A stretch of 20,000 bases of DNA from IMG/VR virus record IMGVR_UViG_3300009786_004548; one strand, given 5' to 3'. Below are positions 1 to 7,058 of the stretch, piece after piece (the stretch's first letter is position 1; every line of letters starts with the position of its first letter). Origin of the DNA: an uncultured virus (IMG/VR IMGVR_UViG_3300009786_004548). Lineage: Duplodnaviria > Heunggongvirae > Uroviricota > Caudoviricetes. Made by a program: the position numbers and the translations under genes. The notes below the pieces were generated by a model. The model ran no database searches and was not told the origin of the DNA. It saw only the letters and a program-made list of their open reading frames with translations.

Positions 1-328
1 CTGAGGTATCGAGATCTACAGCAAAATCAATATCTATACTTGGGGCACTTGCTGATCGTAAAGTGACCTTATCTCCAGTGCCAAGTTCAATCTTATCAAT
101 TATAGTAACTGTGGTGGTTGCTGGGCGTGGAGAATAATATCTTGGAGTAAAACTGGATACTACGATGGATTCCCCAGAAATAACCGGAGACGCAGTGCCC
201 TGGTACGATTGTGCCGACGAAACTATTGTCGCCTGTCCTTCTACAACAACTCCATCAATCCCAACATAGTTACCATGAGGACGGGCAATTACAGCAACGG
301 CGCTGCCTCCTAAATTCATATGCGCCAT
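1..328 (-). CDS. Partial ORF running off the left edge; probable virion structural protein (MAHMNLGGSAVAVIARPHGNYVGIDGVVVEGQATIVSS...ATTTVTIIDKIELGTGDKVTLRSASAPSIDIDFAVDLDTS...)
   Basis: Not in the ORF track. By manual translation, the ATG at 328-326 overlaps the TAA of the upstream gene (TAATG) and the frame stays open for 109 codons to the window edge. Composition is Val/Thr/Ser/Gly-rich and beta-prone. Confidence 0.75.
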   Translation of the reverse strand, partial: MAHMNLGGSAVAVIARPHGNYVGIDGVVVEGQATIVSSAQSYQGTASPVISGESIVVSSFTPRYYSPRPATTTVTIIDKIELGTGDKVTLRSASAPSIDIDFAVDLDTS

Positions 329-888
329 TATTCACCGCCCCCAAAAACAAACACCCTTTCAACTGCAATTGAAAAATTTAACTTTTTGTATATATGGGTA
401 ACATTATAGTCTATACATTCAGGAACATTAGCCCATACGACATGTGGAATGTCAGTTAAAGTTTGAAATTCCACTTCATTTGCATTAGGCACATTAGGAC
501 CAGATGGCGCTGCTTCTGTGGGGTCTCCATATATGTCAGAACAGCAATCGGTGTTGGGTGGTCCCAATGGATTACCAAATCCTTTAAGGTTTGCCCCCTG
601 TGCCGGTTGGTTAAAAACCTGTATTTTGCAGATAGGCCAATAAAATTCCCTCTTTCTTAACTGAAGGCACAAATCACCCAGATCTCTTGCTAATATATTA
701 ACAACAAATCTAGACTCGCACTTAAGGCCAGCATTAGGATTGGGCGCTCCTGTGTCAGGAGTGGTTTGACCAGTGTCAAATCCAGTAGTATTCTGGCCGG
801 GCACAATACAACACCCCTCAACACGATAATTCTTAAGGGGAAGTTTACCTACATTCCACTTCAAGGAAAGTTCGCTAACCACTGCCAT
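328..888 (-). CDS. Hypothetical Cys/Pro/Gly-rich protein, possibly virion-associated
   Basis: 186-aa ORF. GGAG Shine-Dalgarno before the ATG at 888. Translationally coupled to the downstream ORF. Confidence 0.7.
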   Translation of the reverse strand: MAVVSELSLKWNVGKLPLKNYRVEGCCIVPGQNTTGFDTGQTTPDTGAPNPNAGLKCESRFVVNILARDLGDLCLQLRKREFYWPICKIQVFNQPAQGANLKGFGNPLGPPNTDCCSDIYGDPTEAAPSGPNVPNANEVEFQTLTDIPHVVWANVPECIDYNVTHIYKKLNFSIAVERVFVFGGGE

Positions 889-927
889 CAAACAACTCCA
901 TAAAAAAAGACTAATAGTATGTATTAT

Positions 928-1581
928 TTACTCTAGTCTTTCAAGAATTGCAGAGACTAAAGGATGCCGAACAATAGAATCTGAGCCAAATTCAATAACG
1001 CCAATGCCGTCGATACTCTCTAGTCTAGAAACAACATATGTTAATGCTACATCGCCCAACAAATCACTTTGTCGTGGATCGCCAGTAACAATTACTTTAC
1101 TATTATCATTAAAACGACTTAAAAAAAGCTTCAATTGTTGTTTAGTAGCGTTCTGAGCTTCATCAAATATACAAACAGAATCATCAAAAGACCTTCCCCT
1201 CATATATGCTAAAGGAGCTACTTCAATAGCTTTCTCTATAGCCTCTTTTTGGGATTCAGAACCAGTCAATTTGGTTATTGCGTCAAATAAAGGAAGCATA
1301 TATGGATTGACTTTTTCATCAAAAGTGCCAGGCAAAAATCCTAAGCTTTCACCAGCCTCAACTATAGGGCGAGTCAATATAATTCTTTTTTTTCTCTTAG
1401 AAAGAACTTCGTTTATAGCAAAAGCTGTTGCCAAATATGACTTACCCACTCCTGCGGGTCCTAATAAAAATGTAACATCATTCTCGCAAAAACAATCATA
1501 AGCTTCCTTTTGTGCAGGATTAAGGAAGTCTATATGAAAAGTTTTACGAGGACTTTTTTTGGTAGTTGGTTTTCTTGCCAT
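928..1581 (-). CDS. phoH: PhoH-family ATPase/RNA helicase
   Basis: Walker A GPAGVGKS, plus TRPIVEAGESLGFLPG, YMRGRSF, DEAQN, GDPRQSDL and VRHPLV motifs. ATG at 1581 is preferred over TTG at 1584. Confidence 0.96.
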   Translation of the reverse strand: MARKPTTKKSPRKTFHIDFLNPAQKEAYDCFCENDVTFLLGPAGVGKSYLATAFAINEVLSKRKKRIILTRPIVEAGESLGFLPGTFDEKVNPYMLPLFDAITKLTGSESQKEAIEKAIEVAPLAYMRGRSFDDSVCIFDEAQNATKQQLKLFLSRFNDNSKVIVTGDPRQSDLLGDVALTYVVSRLESIDGIGVIEFGSDSIVRHPLVSAILERLE

Positions 1582-1585
1582 CAAG

Positions 1586-1593
1586 TTATATAT
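1586..1593 (-). promoter_or_regulatory. ATATATAA element 4 nt upstream of the phoH ATG (putative phage late/leaderless promoter)
   Basis: Minus strand reads ATATATAA-CTTG-ATG. Same geometry occurs at three other genes. Confidence 0.55.
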
Positions 1594-1600
1594 GATATAA

Positions 1601-1636
1601 TAAAAAAGTTTAGCCCCAAATAAATTAAGGCTAAAC
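1601..1636 (-). terminator. Hairpin with U-tract (intrinsic terminator-like)
   Basis: GTTTAGCC (1608-1615) pairs with GGCTAAAC (1629-1636): 8-bp stem, 13-nt loop, followed by TTTTTTA on the minus strand. Confidence 0.4.
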
Positions 1637-1698
1637 CATACATCACAAATTTTGGCTCTAAATAGAGCTTGTGTTATTAAAAACGATAACCTTTTTCA

Positions 1699-1706
1699 AT
1701 ATATAA
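1699..1706 (+). promoter_or_regulatory. ATATATAA element 4 nt upstream of ATG 1711
   Basis: Reads ATATATAA-CTCT-ATG with no Shine-Dalgarno in between. Confidence 0.55.
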
Positions 1707-1710
1707 CTCT

Positions 1711-2136
1711 ATGAACTTTAAAACATTTATAGAATCAAAAGAACAAGATCAAGTAGAAAAGACTTTAGGGAAACTACCTAAAGCACACAAAGAGCTTGTG
1801 AAAAACTATAAAATAAAGTTCACTCCTAAGAGCACACTAAAAAACGACCCAAAACACATTGGTTCCATAGACGACAAAGAAATAATAATAGCAGCGCCTT
1901 GGAACTATGGAAGAGAATTTACAATACTGCATGAAATAGGTCATTTGATATGGGGCGAATTATTAAATAAAGATCTAAAAGCCAAATGGAAAAAAATAGT
2001 TAAAAAAACTAAAAACAAGCAAAATCAAAATTCCGAAGAACTATTCTGCATGGCCTACGCAAATTATTATTCAAAAAATAAAATTACCATTCATGACCAC
2101 GAAGAATGGAATAAATTTATAAAGGAAGAACTATGA
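1711..2136 (+). CDS. Small HExxH zincin-like metallopeptidase with capsid-targeting-like N-terminus
   Basis: ILHEIGHLIW motif and downstream SEELFCMAYANYY (candidate third ligand Glu). N-terminus is MNFKTFIE. Confidence 0.7.
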   Translation: MNFKTFIESKEQDQVEKTLGKLPKAHKELVKNYKIKFTPKSTLKNDPKHIGSIDDKEIIIAAPWNYGREFTILHEIGHLIWGELLNKDLKAKWKKIVKKTKNKQNQNSEELFCMAYANYYSKNKITIHDHEEWNKFIKEEL

Positions 2137-2564
2137 AATCATTCAAAACTTGGTTAGAAGATTATGATCCACGGGATGATATACCTGGCGGTTCTTATAA
2201 GTTTGAAGTTGAAGAAATTGGATATGCCGATAATAGACCAGCAATCATAGGTCTGCCCTCTCAAGGAGAGGACAAGGAAGTATATCAAGTAGTGTATGAT
2301 CTTAGTTATGAAATGACACCAGGAATGAAAGGACATACATCAAAGGCAGACTTTGGAGTTCAAATGACTCCCGATGATCCAAACGAATATGAAATAACCC
2401 ACAATGATCCGATAGAAGTTAATCATGAAAAACTTGATAAAAACCATCCAATATTAAAAACCTTTCATATCACTCTAGACAACTTGAAAGAAGTTCTTCT
2501 TAAATATTTTGATGCCCATTTACACGATGAAGCACTAGAGCGAGTGGAAGAACATGGTGTTTAA
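2133..2564 (+). CDS. Acidic hypothetical protein with capsid-targeting-like N-terminus
   Basis: ATGA overlap with the upstream gene. N-terminus is MKSFKTWLE. Confidence 0.75.
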   Translation: MKSFKTWLEDYDPRDDIPGGSYKFEVEEIGYADNRPAIIGLPSQGEDKEVYQVVYDLSYEMTPGMKGHTSKADFGVQMTPDDPNEYEITHNDPIEVNHEKLDKNHPILKTFHITLDNLKEVLLKYFDAHLHDEALERVEEHGV

Positions 2565-2570
2565 CACACA

Positions 2571-2598
2571 TTGATTTAATCCATCATGTCGCTAAAAT
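2571..2598 (+). promoter_or_regulatory. Putative sigma70-type promoter for rmlA, probably leaderless
   Basis: TTGATT (2571-2576), 16-nt spacer, TAAAAT (2593-2598). The ATG starts 7 nt after the -10 element and there is no Shine-Dalgarno. Confidence 0.4.
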
Positions 2599-2604
2599 TA
2601 CAAT

Positions 2605-3357
2605 ATGATAAAAGGAATAATATTAGCGGGAGGAATGGGGACACGACTACACCCGCTCACCAAAGTAACCAATAAAAACCTCTTGCCCATCTACAATAAG
2701 CCAATGATATATTGGCCTATAAAAACTCTAGTAGAAAGCGGCATAAAAGATGTCCTGCTAGTGTCAGGAGGGAATAATGCAGGTAGTTTCCTAAACGTTC
2801 TCGAAGACGGCAAGGCACTTGGTTTAAGAACTCTAAACTATGCCTACCAAAAAGAACCAAATGGGGTAGCCGACGCTCTCAGCTTGGCTAAAGAATGGGC
2901 TGGGGATTCCCCCGTTTGTGTGATATTAGGAGACAACATATTCGAATGCCCCGTTCCTGAGGGAATCCAATCTTTCGCAAAAGACCCCACAGGCGCACGA
3001 GTTTTCACATATAAAACAAAAAATCCAAAATTCTATGGAGTAGCAGAGGTAAACGAAAATAACGAGGTTGTTTCTATAGTGGAAAAACCAAAATCCCCCA
3101 AATCAAACTTAGCAGTGGTTGGACTTTATTTATATGACAAATACATTTGGGAGCATATTGATTCCCTAACCCCTTCTTGGCGAGGCGAATTTGAAATCAC
3201 GGATGTTAACAATCAATATCTTTCAGAAGGAAAGCTAAAAGCCAATATGGTTAAAGGTTGGTGGCAAGATGCGGGAGAAAGCATTGACACCTATCTTGAT
3301 ACATGTATCAAAGTGAGAGAATTTGAACTCAACAAGTCCAACCCGAATCTGGAATAA
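2605..3357 (+). CDS. rmlA: Glucose-1-phosphate thymidylyltransferase (RmlA/SpsI-type sugar-phosphate nucleotidyltransferase)
   Basis: GIILAGGMGTRLHPLT, NKNLLPIYNKPMIY, ILGDNIF, VEKPKSPKSNLAVVGLYLY, SWRGEFEITD and WWQDAG motifs. Confidence 0.92.
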   Translation: MIKGIILAGGMGTRLHPLTKVTNKNLLPIYNKPMIYWPIKTLVESGIKDVLLVSGGNNAGSFLNVLEDGKALGLRTLNYAYQKEPNGVADALSLAKEWAGDSPVCVILGDNIFECPVPEGIQSFAKDPTGARVFTYKTKNPKFYGVAEVNENNEVVSIVEKPKSPKSNLAVVGLYLYDKYIWEHIDSLTPSWRGEFEITDVNNQYLSEGKLKANMVKGWWQDAGESIDTYLDTCIKVREFELNKSNPNLE

Positions 3358-3565
3358 TCCAGCCATCAGCTTCCGTGTCATCAGAAAATTCGTGATCAAA
3401 AGTAAGCCTGTCCATCGAATCAACAAAAACAGTACTCCATTCATCATACTCGTCCTGCCACTCAAACCAATCTTCCGAATCAGTATTTAGAAGATAACAT
3501 AAATCTTCTTCTTTATTGTAATATGCTTTCCAAACCACAATATTTTCTTGTTCAGCAAAGCTCAT
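3329..3565 (-). CDS. Small, highly acidic, Trp-rich hypothetical protein
   Basis: 78 aa from the ATG at 3565, with 22 D/E versus 3 K/R and 6 Trp. Follows the GT2 gene. Its 3' end overlaps rmlA convergently by 29 nt. Confidence 0.7.
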   Translation of the reverse strand: MSFAEQENIVVWKAYYNKEEDLCYLLNTDSEDWFEWQDEYDEWSTVFVDSMDRLTFDHEFSDDTEADGWIIPDSGWTC

Positions 3566-3586
3566 GATCAATCGCCACCCTTCGAT

Positions 3587-4321
3587 TTAAACGGATTCAC
3601 TCTGAATGTCCTGAATTAACTTAGGCAAAGTTACAGTGGCTTGTTCAGTCAATCTTTCATAATCATTAATATCTAAACTAAAAATACGATAATGATGAGC
3701 AATGGGATTTCTCATAACTTGAGGATTAAACCCTTTGCGTTGGCACTGCATGGTAAGTATGAACGGACAACCTACTTGAGGAACTGATGCCTCAAAAGGC
3801 CCACAAGCCTCAAAACACTCCTTTGTTACCAAAACCAACCACTCTTGAATAAAATCTACTTTTTGATTCTGCATATAGTAAGACTGAAGTTCTGTTCCAA
3901 CCAATCCAGCGTTCTGAGATTCTGAGACGTTGACAAGAAGATCCAACCATGCTGGATTAGTTATGACAACATCACAGTGCATAAAAACAACATACTTAGA
4001 AGACTCAGATATTTCTTTAAAACCTTTATTCGCTGCCGGACCCCAGTACAGATTCTCCTTGTTTCTTACAACTGTTACCTCGTCCTCAATATCATCTAGA
4101 AATTCTTGGCTTTCTTTTCCAGAATTATTGTCTACAACAATAATTTCATAATTATTATTGAAACTAGTAACAGCTATAGATTGCAAACAAATATTTAAAT
4201 ATTCAGGTCGATCTTTATGCACTATAACAATAGAGATGTGTTCCTCACTACCATCATTTAAATCTAATGTTAGTTCGGGACGCTCCCCTTCCAAGGGATT
4301 ATGTGGAGTAATTTCTGACAT
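3587..4321 (-). CDS. Glycosyltransferase family 2 (GT-A fold)
   Basis: ISIVIV...YLNICLQSI...YEIIVVDNNS, RNKENLYWGPAANKG, and YVVFMHCDVV (the DxD position reads HCD). Confidence 0.88.
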   Translation of the reverse strand: MSEITPHNPLEGERPELTLDLNDGSEEHISIVIVHKDRPEYLNICLQSIAVTSFNNNYEIIVVDNNSGKESQEFLDDIEDEVTVVRNKENLYWGPAANKGFKEISESSKYVVFMHCDVVITNPAWLDLLVNVSESQNAGLVGTELQSYYMQNQKVDFIQEWLVLVTKECFEACGPFEASVPQVGCPFILTMQCQRKGFNPQVMRNPIAHHYRIFSLDINDYERLTEQATVTLPKLIQDIQSESV

Positions 4322-4333
4322 TATAACTTTTTC

Positions 4334-4368
4334 CTTTATTCTTTATTCTTTATTCTTTATTCTTTATT
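4334..4368. repeat. Perfect 7-bp tandem repeat (CTTTATT)x5, i.e. (AATAAAG)x5 on the minus strand
   Basis: Read directly from the sequence. Spans the stop codon of the upstream ORF and ends at the AAAGGA RBS of the GT2 gene. Confidence 0.95.
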
Positions 4369-4561
4369 CTTCAACTTCTATTTCAAAAACGCCTCTTTCA
4401 CAAAGGCATTCAACACCAGATATTGTCTCAGCCCGTTGTGCGGCAATTGTTTTAACGAAAGACTCTGCCTCGGTTGATTCTTTAAAAGCTTTTTCAGGTT
4501 TAATAAAAACATAGTCTCCATCAACCTGTCTGGCTACTGTTATTATAGCAAATATCTTCAT
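4364..4561 (-). CDS. Small hypothetical protein (MKIFAIITVARQVDGDYVFIK...)
   Basis: ATG at 4561 is preceded by AAGGTG. The longer start in the track overlaps the dUTPase-like gene. Confidence 0.7.
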   Translation of the reverse strand: MKIFAIITVARQVDGDYVFIKPEKAFKESTEAESFVKTIAAQRAETISGVECLCERGVFEIEVEE

Positions 4562-4577
4562 TTTATTACACCTTATT

Positions 4578-5060
4578 TTAGTGAAGCAAATAATCGTCTT
4601 TTTGTACAAATTTAAAAAAAATAGTAGGTTCAATCATCATTTGCGCAAACTTGTCCCCACGACAAATCGCAATGGATTCATCTCCTAAATTGCCAACAAT
4701 AACATTTAACTCTCCATTTTCAGAAGACCCTATCGGTCCATTCAAAGTTACGAACCCTTTATTTGCTAACTCTGCATTTGGATTGATTATTACTTTATAA
4801 CCAAATGGGATGTCCATTGAAAAACCACATTTAATAGAAGAAACCTTCCCAACTTCAATGGTAACATCATCTTCCAAATCCGCAAACAAATCCGCTGCGG
4901 CGGAATTTTGATTTTGATAAGACGGAACAAACTCCTTGTTTTCAACTTTTAAAACAGTATCTACAAATGAATTAAAATTGATGTCGAAGTCAGCTATAGG
5001 GGACTTAGGCATTTTGGGAATCGCCGTTACAAAAGAATCTTCTTTATCTCTTTGTGGCAT
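4578..5060 (-). CDS. Trimeric dUTPase-fold protein with degenerate catalytic motifs
   Basis: Motif I (SAAADL) and motif IV (GDKFAQ) are recognisable. Motif II RSG is replaced by NAE. Motif III reads GPIGSSENGE and lacks the catalytic Asp. Motif V is absent. Confidence 0.8.
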   Translation of the reverse strand: MPQRDKEDSFVTAIPKMPKSPIADFDINFNSFVDTVLKVENKEFVPSYQNQNSAAADLFADLEDDVTIEVGKVSSIKCGFSMDIPFGYKVIINPNAELANKGFVTLNGPIGSSENGELNVIVGNLGDESIAICRGDKFAQMMIEPTIFFKFVQKDDYLLH

Positions 5061-5295
5061 TTTCTCGTGCTTTGACTAAATGAGTATCAAAGTTTTTAAC
5101 AAACGAACTTAAAGCAGAATTAGGATATTTATTGACCAATAAAACCAACTCCTCCTTAACAGGCTCTTCTATATCTCCATTTTTTCTAATCCAATTATGC
5201 ACTCGTTCCAGTGTCAATGGCTTATCAAAAAAAGGGGACTTTCCCTCTTCTCCAATAACCCCCATACCGAAATTCATTCTATTTGCTTCCGCCAT
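5044..5295 (-). CDS. Hypothetical protein
   Basis: ATG at 5295 with GGAG Shine-Dalgarno. Short overlaps with both neighbours. Confidence 0.7.
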   Translation of the reverse strand: MAEANRMNFGMGVIGEEGKSPFFDKPLTLERVHNWIRKNGDIEEPVKEELVLLVNKYPNSALSSFVKNFDTHLVKARENATKR

Positions 5296-5791
5296 CTTTT
5301 TCACTCCCAAAAAAATCAGTGTAATTAATGCTAGACTCTACATCATTTTGTCTTTGTTTCACTTCATCAATTATTTCTTGCGGAACTTGCGGGGACTCAA
5401 ACCCATGTTGCCTATTCATTAAATAACTAATCACAGCTTCTTTAAAAAGCTTAATCTCTTCTTCAGAAGAAAAAAAAGACTCATCAGTAACTTTTAGTGT
5501 ACTAGTAGAATAATCCATATAAGCAAATACTGTAAAATCCACACCATCCTTTTCACACTCAATAAATAAAGGTATTACATTATCCACCTTTTTAATTTTT
5601 AAATCTCCAGGACGAACTATGGGCTTACTAGACTCGCCCAAATGCACCTCGCTGGAATATCTAAAAGCATTTTTCCAAACATCTTCCTTACTATCAACAT
5701 CTTCCTTACTATCAACATCTTCCTTACTATCAACATCTTCCTTACTATCAACATCTTCCTTACTATCAACTTTTTTTTCTTTATTGTCCAT
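5279..5791 (-). CDS. Hypothetical protein with N-terminal (VDSKED)x5 repeat
   Basis: 170-aa ORF; first gene of a minus-strand run. Confidence 0.75.
   Translation of the reverse strand: MDNKEKKVDSKEDVDSKEDVDSKEDVDSKEDVDSKEDVWKNAFRYSSEVHLGESSKPIVRPGDLKIKKVDNVIPLFIECEKDGVDFTVFAYMDYSTSTLKVTDESFFSSEEEIKLFKEAVISYLMNRQHGFESPQVPQEIIDEVKQRQNDVESSINYTDFFGSEKDGGSK
5678..5770. repeat. Perfect 18-bp tandem repeat (AACATCTTCCTTACTATC)x5
   Basis: Read directly; encodes VDSKED repeats in frame on the minus strand. Confidence 0.97.
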
Positions 5792-5835
5792 GAAACCATA
5801 AATATGTTAGTGTTTAATTATAAGTTAGTAGAGTA

Positions 5836-6222
5836 ATGAAACTAAATTTCAAAGAATTCATTAATGAAACAAATGTCCCTGGCGCATCTTTGTCAGGAGG
5901 GGCATTCGTTTCTAGCGATATGTCAGGAAGTGAACAAAGCAGTACTTTTTCCATGACAGGGAGACCTCTGCACCTCCCCAGTACAGACTTAGTATTGCCA
6001 TCTGTCGTAAAAACAAGTGAAATAATAATCATCCAAGAAAAAAAGACCCCAATATCTATAAAACTAAAAGACGGCACACAACTTTATTTATCTTGGGATG
6101 AATTCAAAAAAATTAAAGGAAGAACACCGCAAACGGGAAGAATTATGAACGTAATATTCCAAAGAAGACCTGATGATCTAACAGATTCATTATCTAAAAT
6201 AATTGATATCACTGTCCTTTAA
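5836..6222 (+). CDS. Hypothetical protein with capsid-targeting-like N-terminus
   Basis: N-terminus MKLNFKEFINE, then a Ser/Gly-rich linker and a beta-rich domain. Confidence 0.8.
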   Translation: MKLNFKEFINETNVPGASLSGGAFVSSDMSGSEQSSTFSMTGRPLHLPSTDLVLPSVVKTSEIIIIQEKKTPISIKLKDGTQLYLSWDEFKKIKGRTPQTGRIMNVIFQRRPDDLTDSLSKIIDITVL

Positions 6223-6232
6223 GGATAAGTTT

Positions 6233-6838
6233 ATGAACTTTTATAATCTAAATCAAATCATTGAGCAAAGCAAAGTGTCGGAGCAAGCCGACATTCGTCG
6301 AGCAACGACAAGGCCAGCAGTCACAGCAGCGAAGCCAGTGGTGAAGCCAGCAGTGCCAGGAGCGAAGCCAGCAGTGCCAGGAGCGAAGCCAGCAGTGCCA
6401 GGAGCGAAGCCAGCAGTGCCAGCCAAAACAATTGGACTAGATGAAAATCCTGACCTATCAAAAGACCCAAATGGTTTTAAAACATCAAAGAAACCAATTC
6501 CATTAAATTTTAGAACAGCAGAAGCGGACGCAACAATTCAGACAAAAGAAGGGCCTGTTAATTCAAAAGTTGGAGACGCCATCATGACAGGTACGGAAGG
6601 CGAACAATGGCCAATTCCTGCCGATAGATTTAAACAAACTTACGATGTTTTAAAAACAGGAATCGCTGCGAAGAAAAACATTCCTGTTTTTGCAAAAATA
6701 ATGAATGAGCCATTCCAAGTTAAAGTTTCTTGGTCAAATAACTTATTGCAAGGTAAAATCAATGACGTTCTAGTTCAATATGGCGTTGGAGACTACGGAG
6801 TTGTTGGCAACGCCATATTTAAAAAAACCTACCATTAA
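6233..6838 (+). CDS. PGDYG-domain protein with Pro/Ala/Lys repeat linker
   Basis: IQTKEG...GDAIMTGTEGEQWP...FKQTY and W...LQG..NDVLVQYGVGDYGVV...IFKKTY match the PGDYG family pattern as recalled. ATG at 6233 follows AAGGA. Confidence 0.75.
   Translation: MNFYNLNQIIEQSKVSEQADIRRATTRPAVTAAKPVVKPAVPGAKPAVPGAKPAVPGAKPAVPAKTIGLDENPDLSKDPNGFKTSKKPIPLNFRTAEADATIQTKEGPVNSKVGDAIMTGTEGEQWPIPADRFKQTYDVLKTGIAAKKNIPVFAKIMNEPFQVKVSWSNNLLQGKINDVLVQYGVGDYGVVGNAIFKKTYH
6343..6422 (+). repeat. Perfect 21-bp tandem repeat (GAAGCCAGCAGTGCCAGGAGC), about 3.8 copies
   Basis: Read directly; encodes (KPAVPGA)n. Confidence 0.95.
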
Positions 6839-7047
6839 TCATCAGTCCCTTCTTTGATTCTAATTACATCAACTTTATCAGGATCAAGTCCTGGGCCATA
6901 AGGAGATGGAGAATAACTTCGTTTGATCTCTTCAATCGTCCCTCTAACAGCATCTGATTGGATTTTATCTACAAGTCTTGGATAAAGTAATACTCCTGAT
7001 ATCAGCACCAAGTACAGAAAAACAACGCTCAATTTTAAAATCTTCAT
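6835..7047 (-). CDS. Small membrane protein with one N-terminal transmembrane segment
   Basis: Hydrophobic stretch LSVVFLYLVLISGVLLY. AAGGT Shine-Dalgarno. Its stop shares the TTAA at 6835-6838 with the convergent gene. Confidence 0.65.
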   Translation of the reverse strand: MKILKLSVVFLYLVLISGVLLYPRLVDKIQSDAVRGTIEEIKRSYSPSPYGPGLDPDKVDVIRIKEGTDD

Positions 7048-7058
7048 TTTTTTACCTT

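Noticed and set aside
4158..4514. 118-aa plus-strand ORF crossing the 7-bp repeat
   Set aside because: Antisense to two coherent minus-strand genes; no start signals.
5678..5770. 18-bp repeat array as a CRISPR array
   Set aside because: Copies are directly adjacent with no spacers, they are in frame within a CDS, and no cas genes are present.
5792..5835. CATAAATA / ATATTTAT as further copies of the late element
   Set aside because: Sequence and spacing to the ATG differ from the four fixed-spacing cases and could be chance in AT-rich DNA.
5617..5836. Alternative-frame ORFs 5617-5799, 5619-5801 and 5642-5836
   Set aside because: These are by-products of the stop-free 18-bp repeat overlapping the better-supported 5279-5791 gene.
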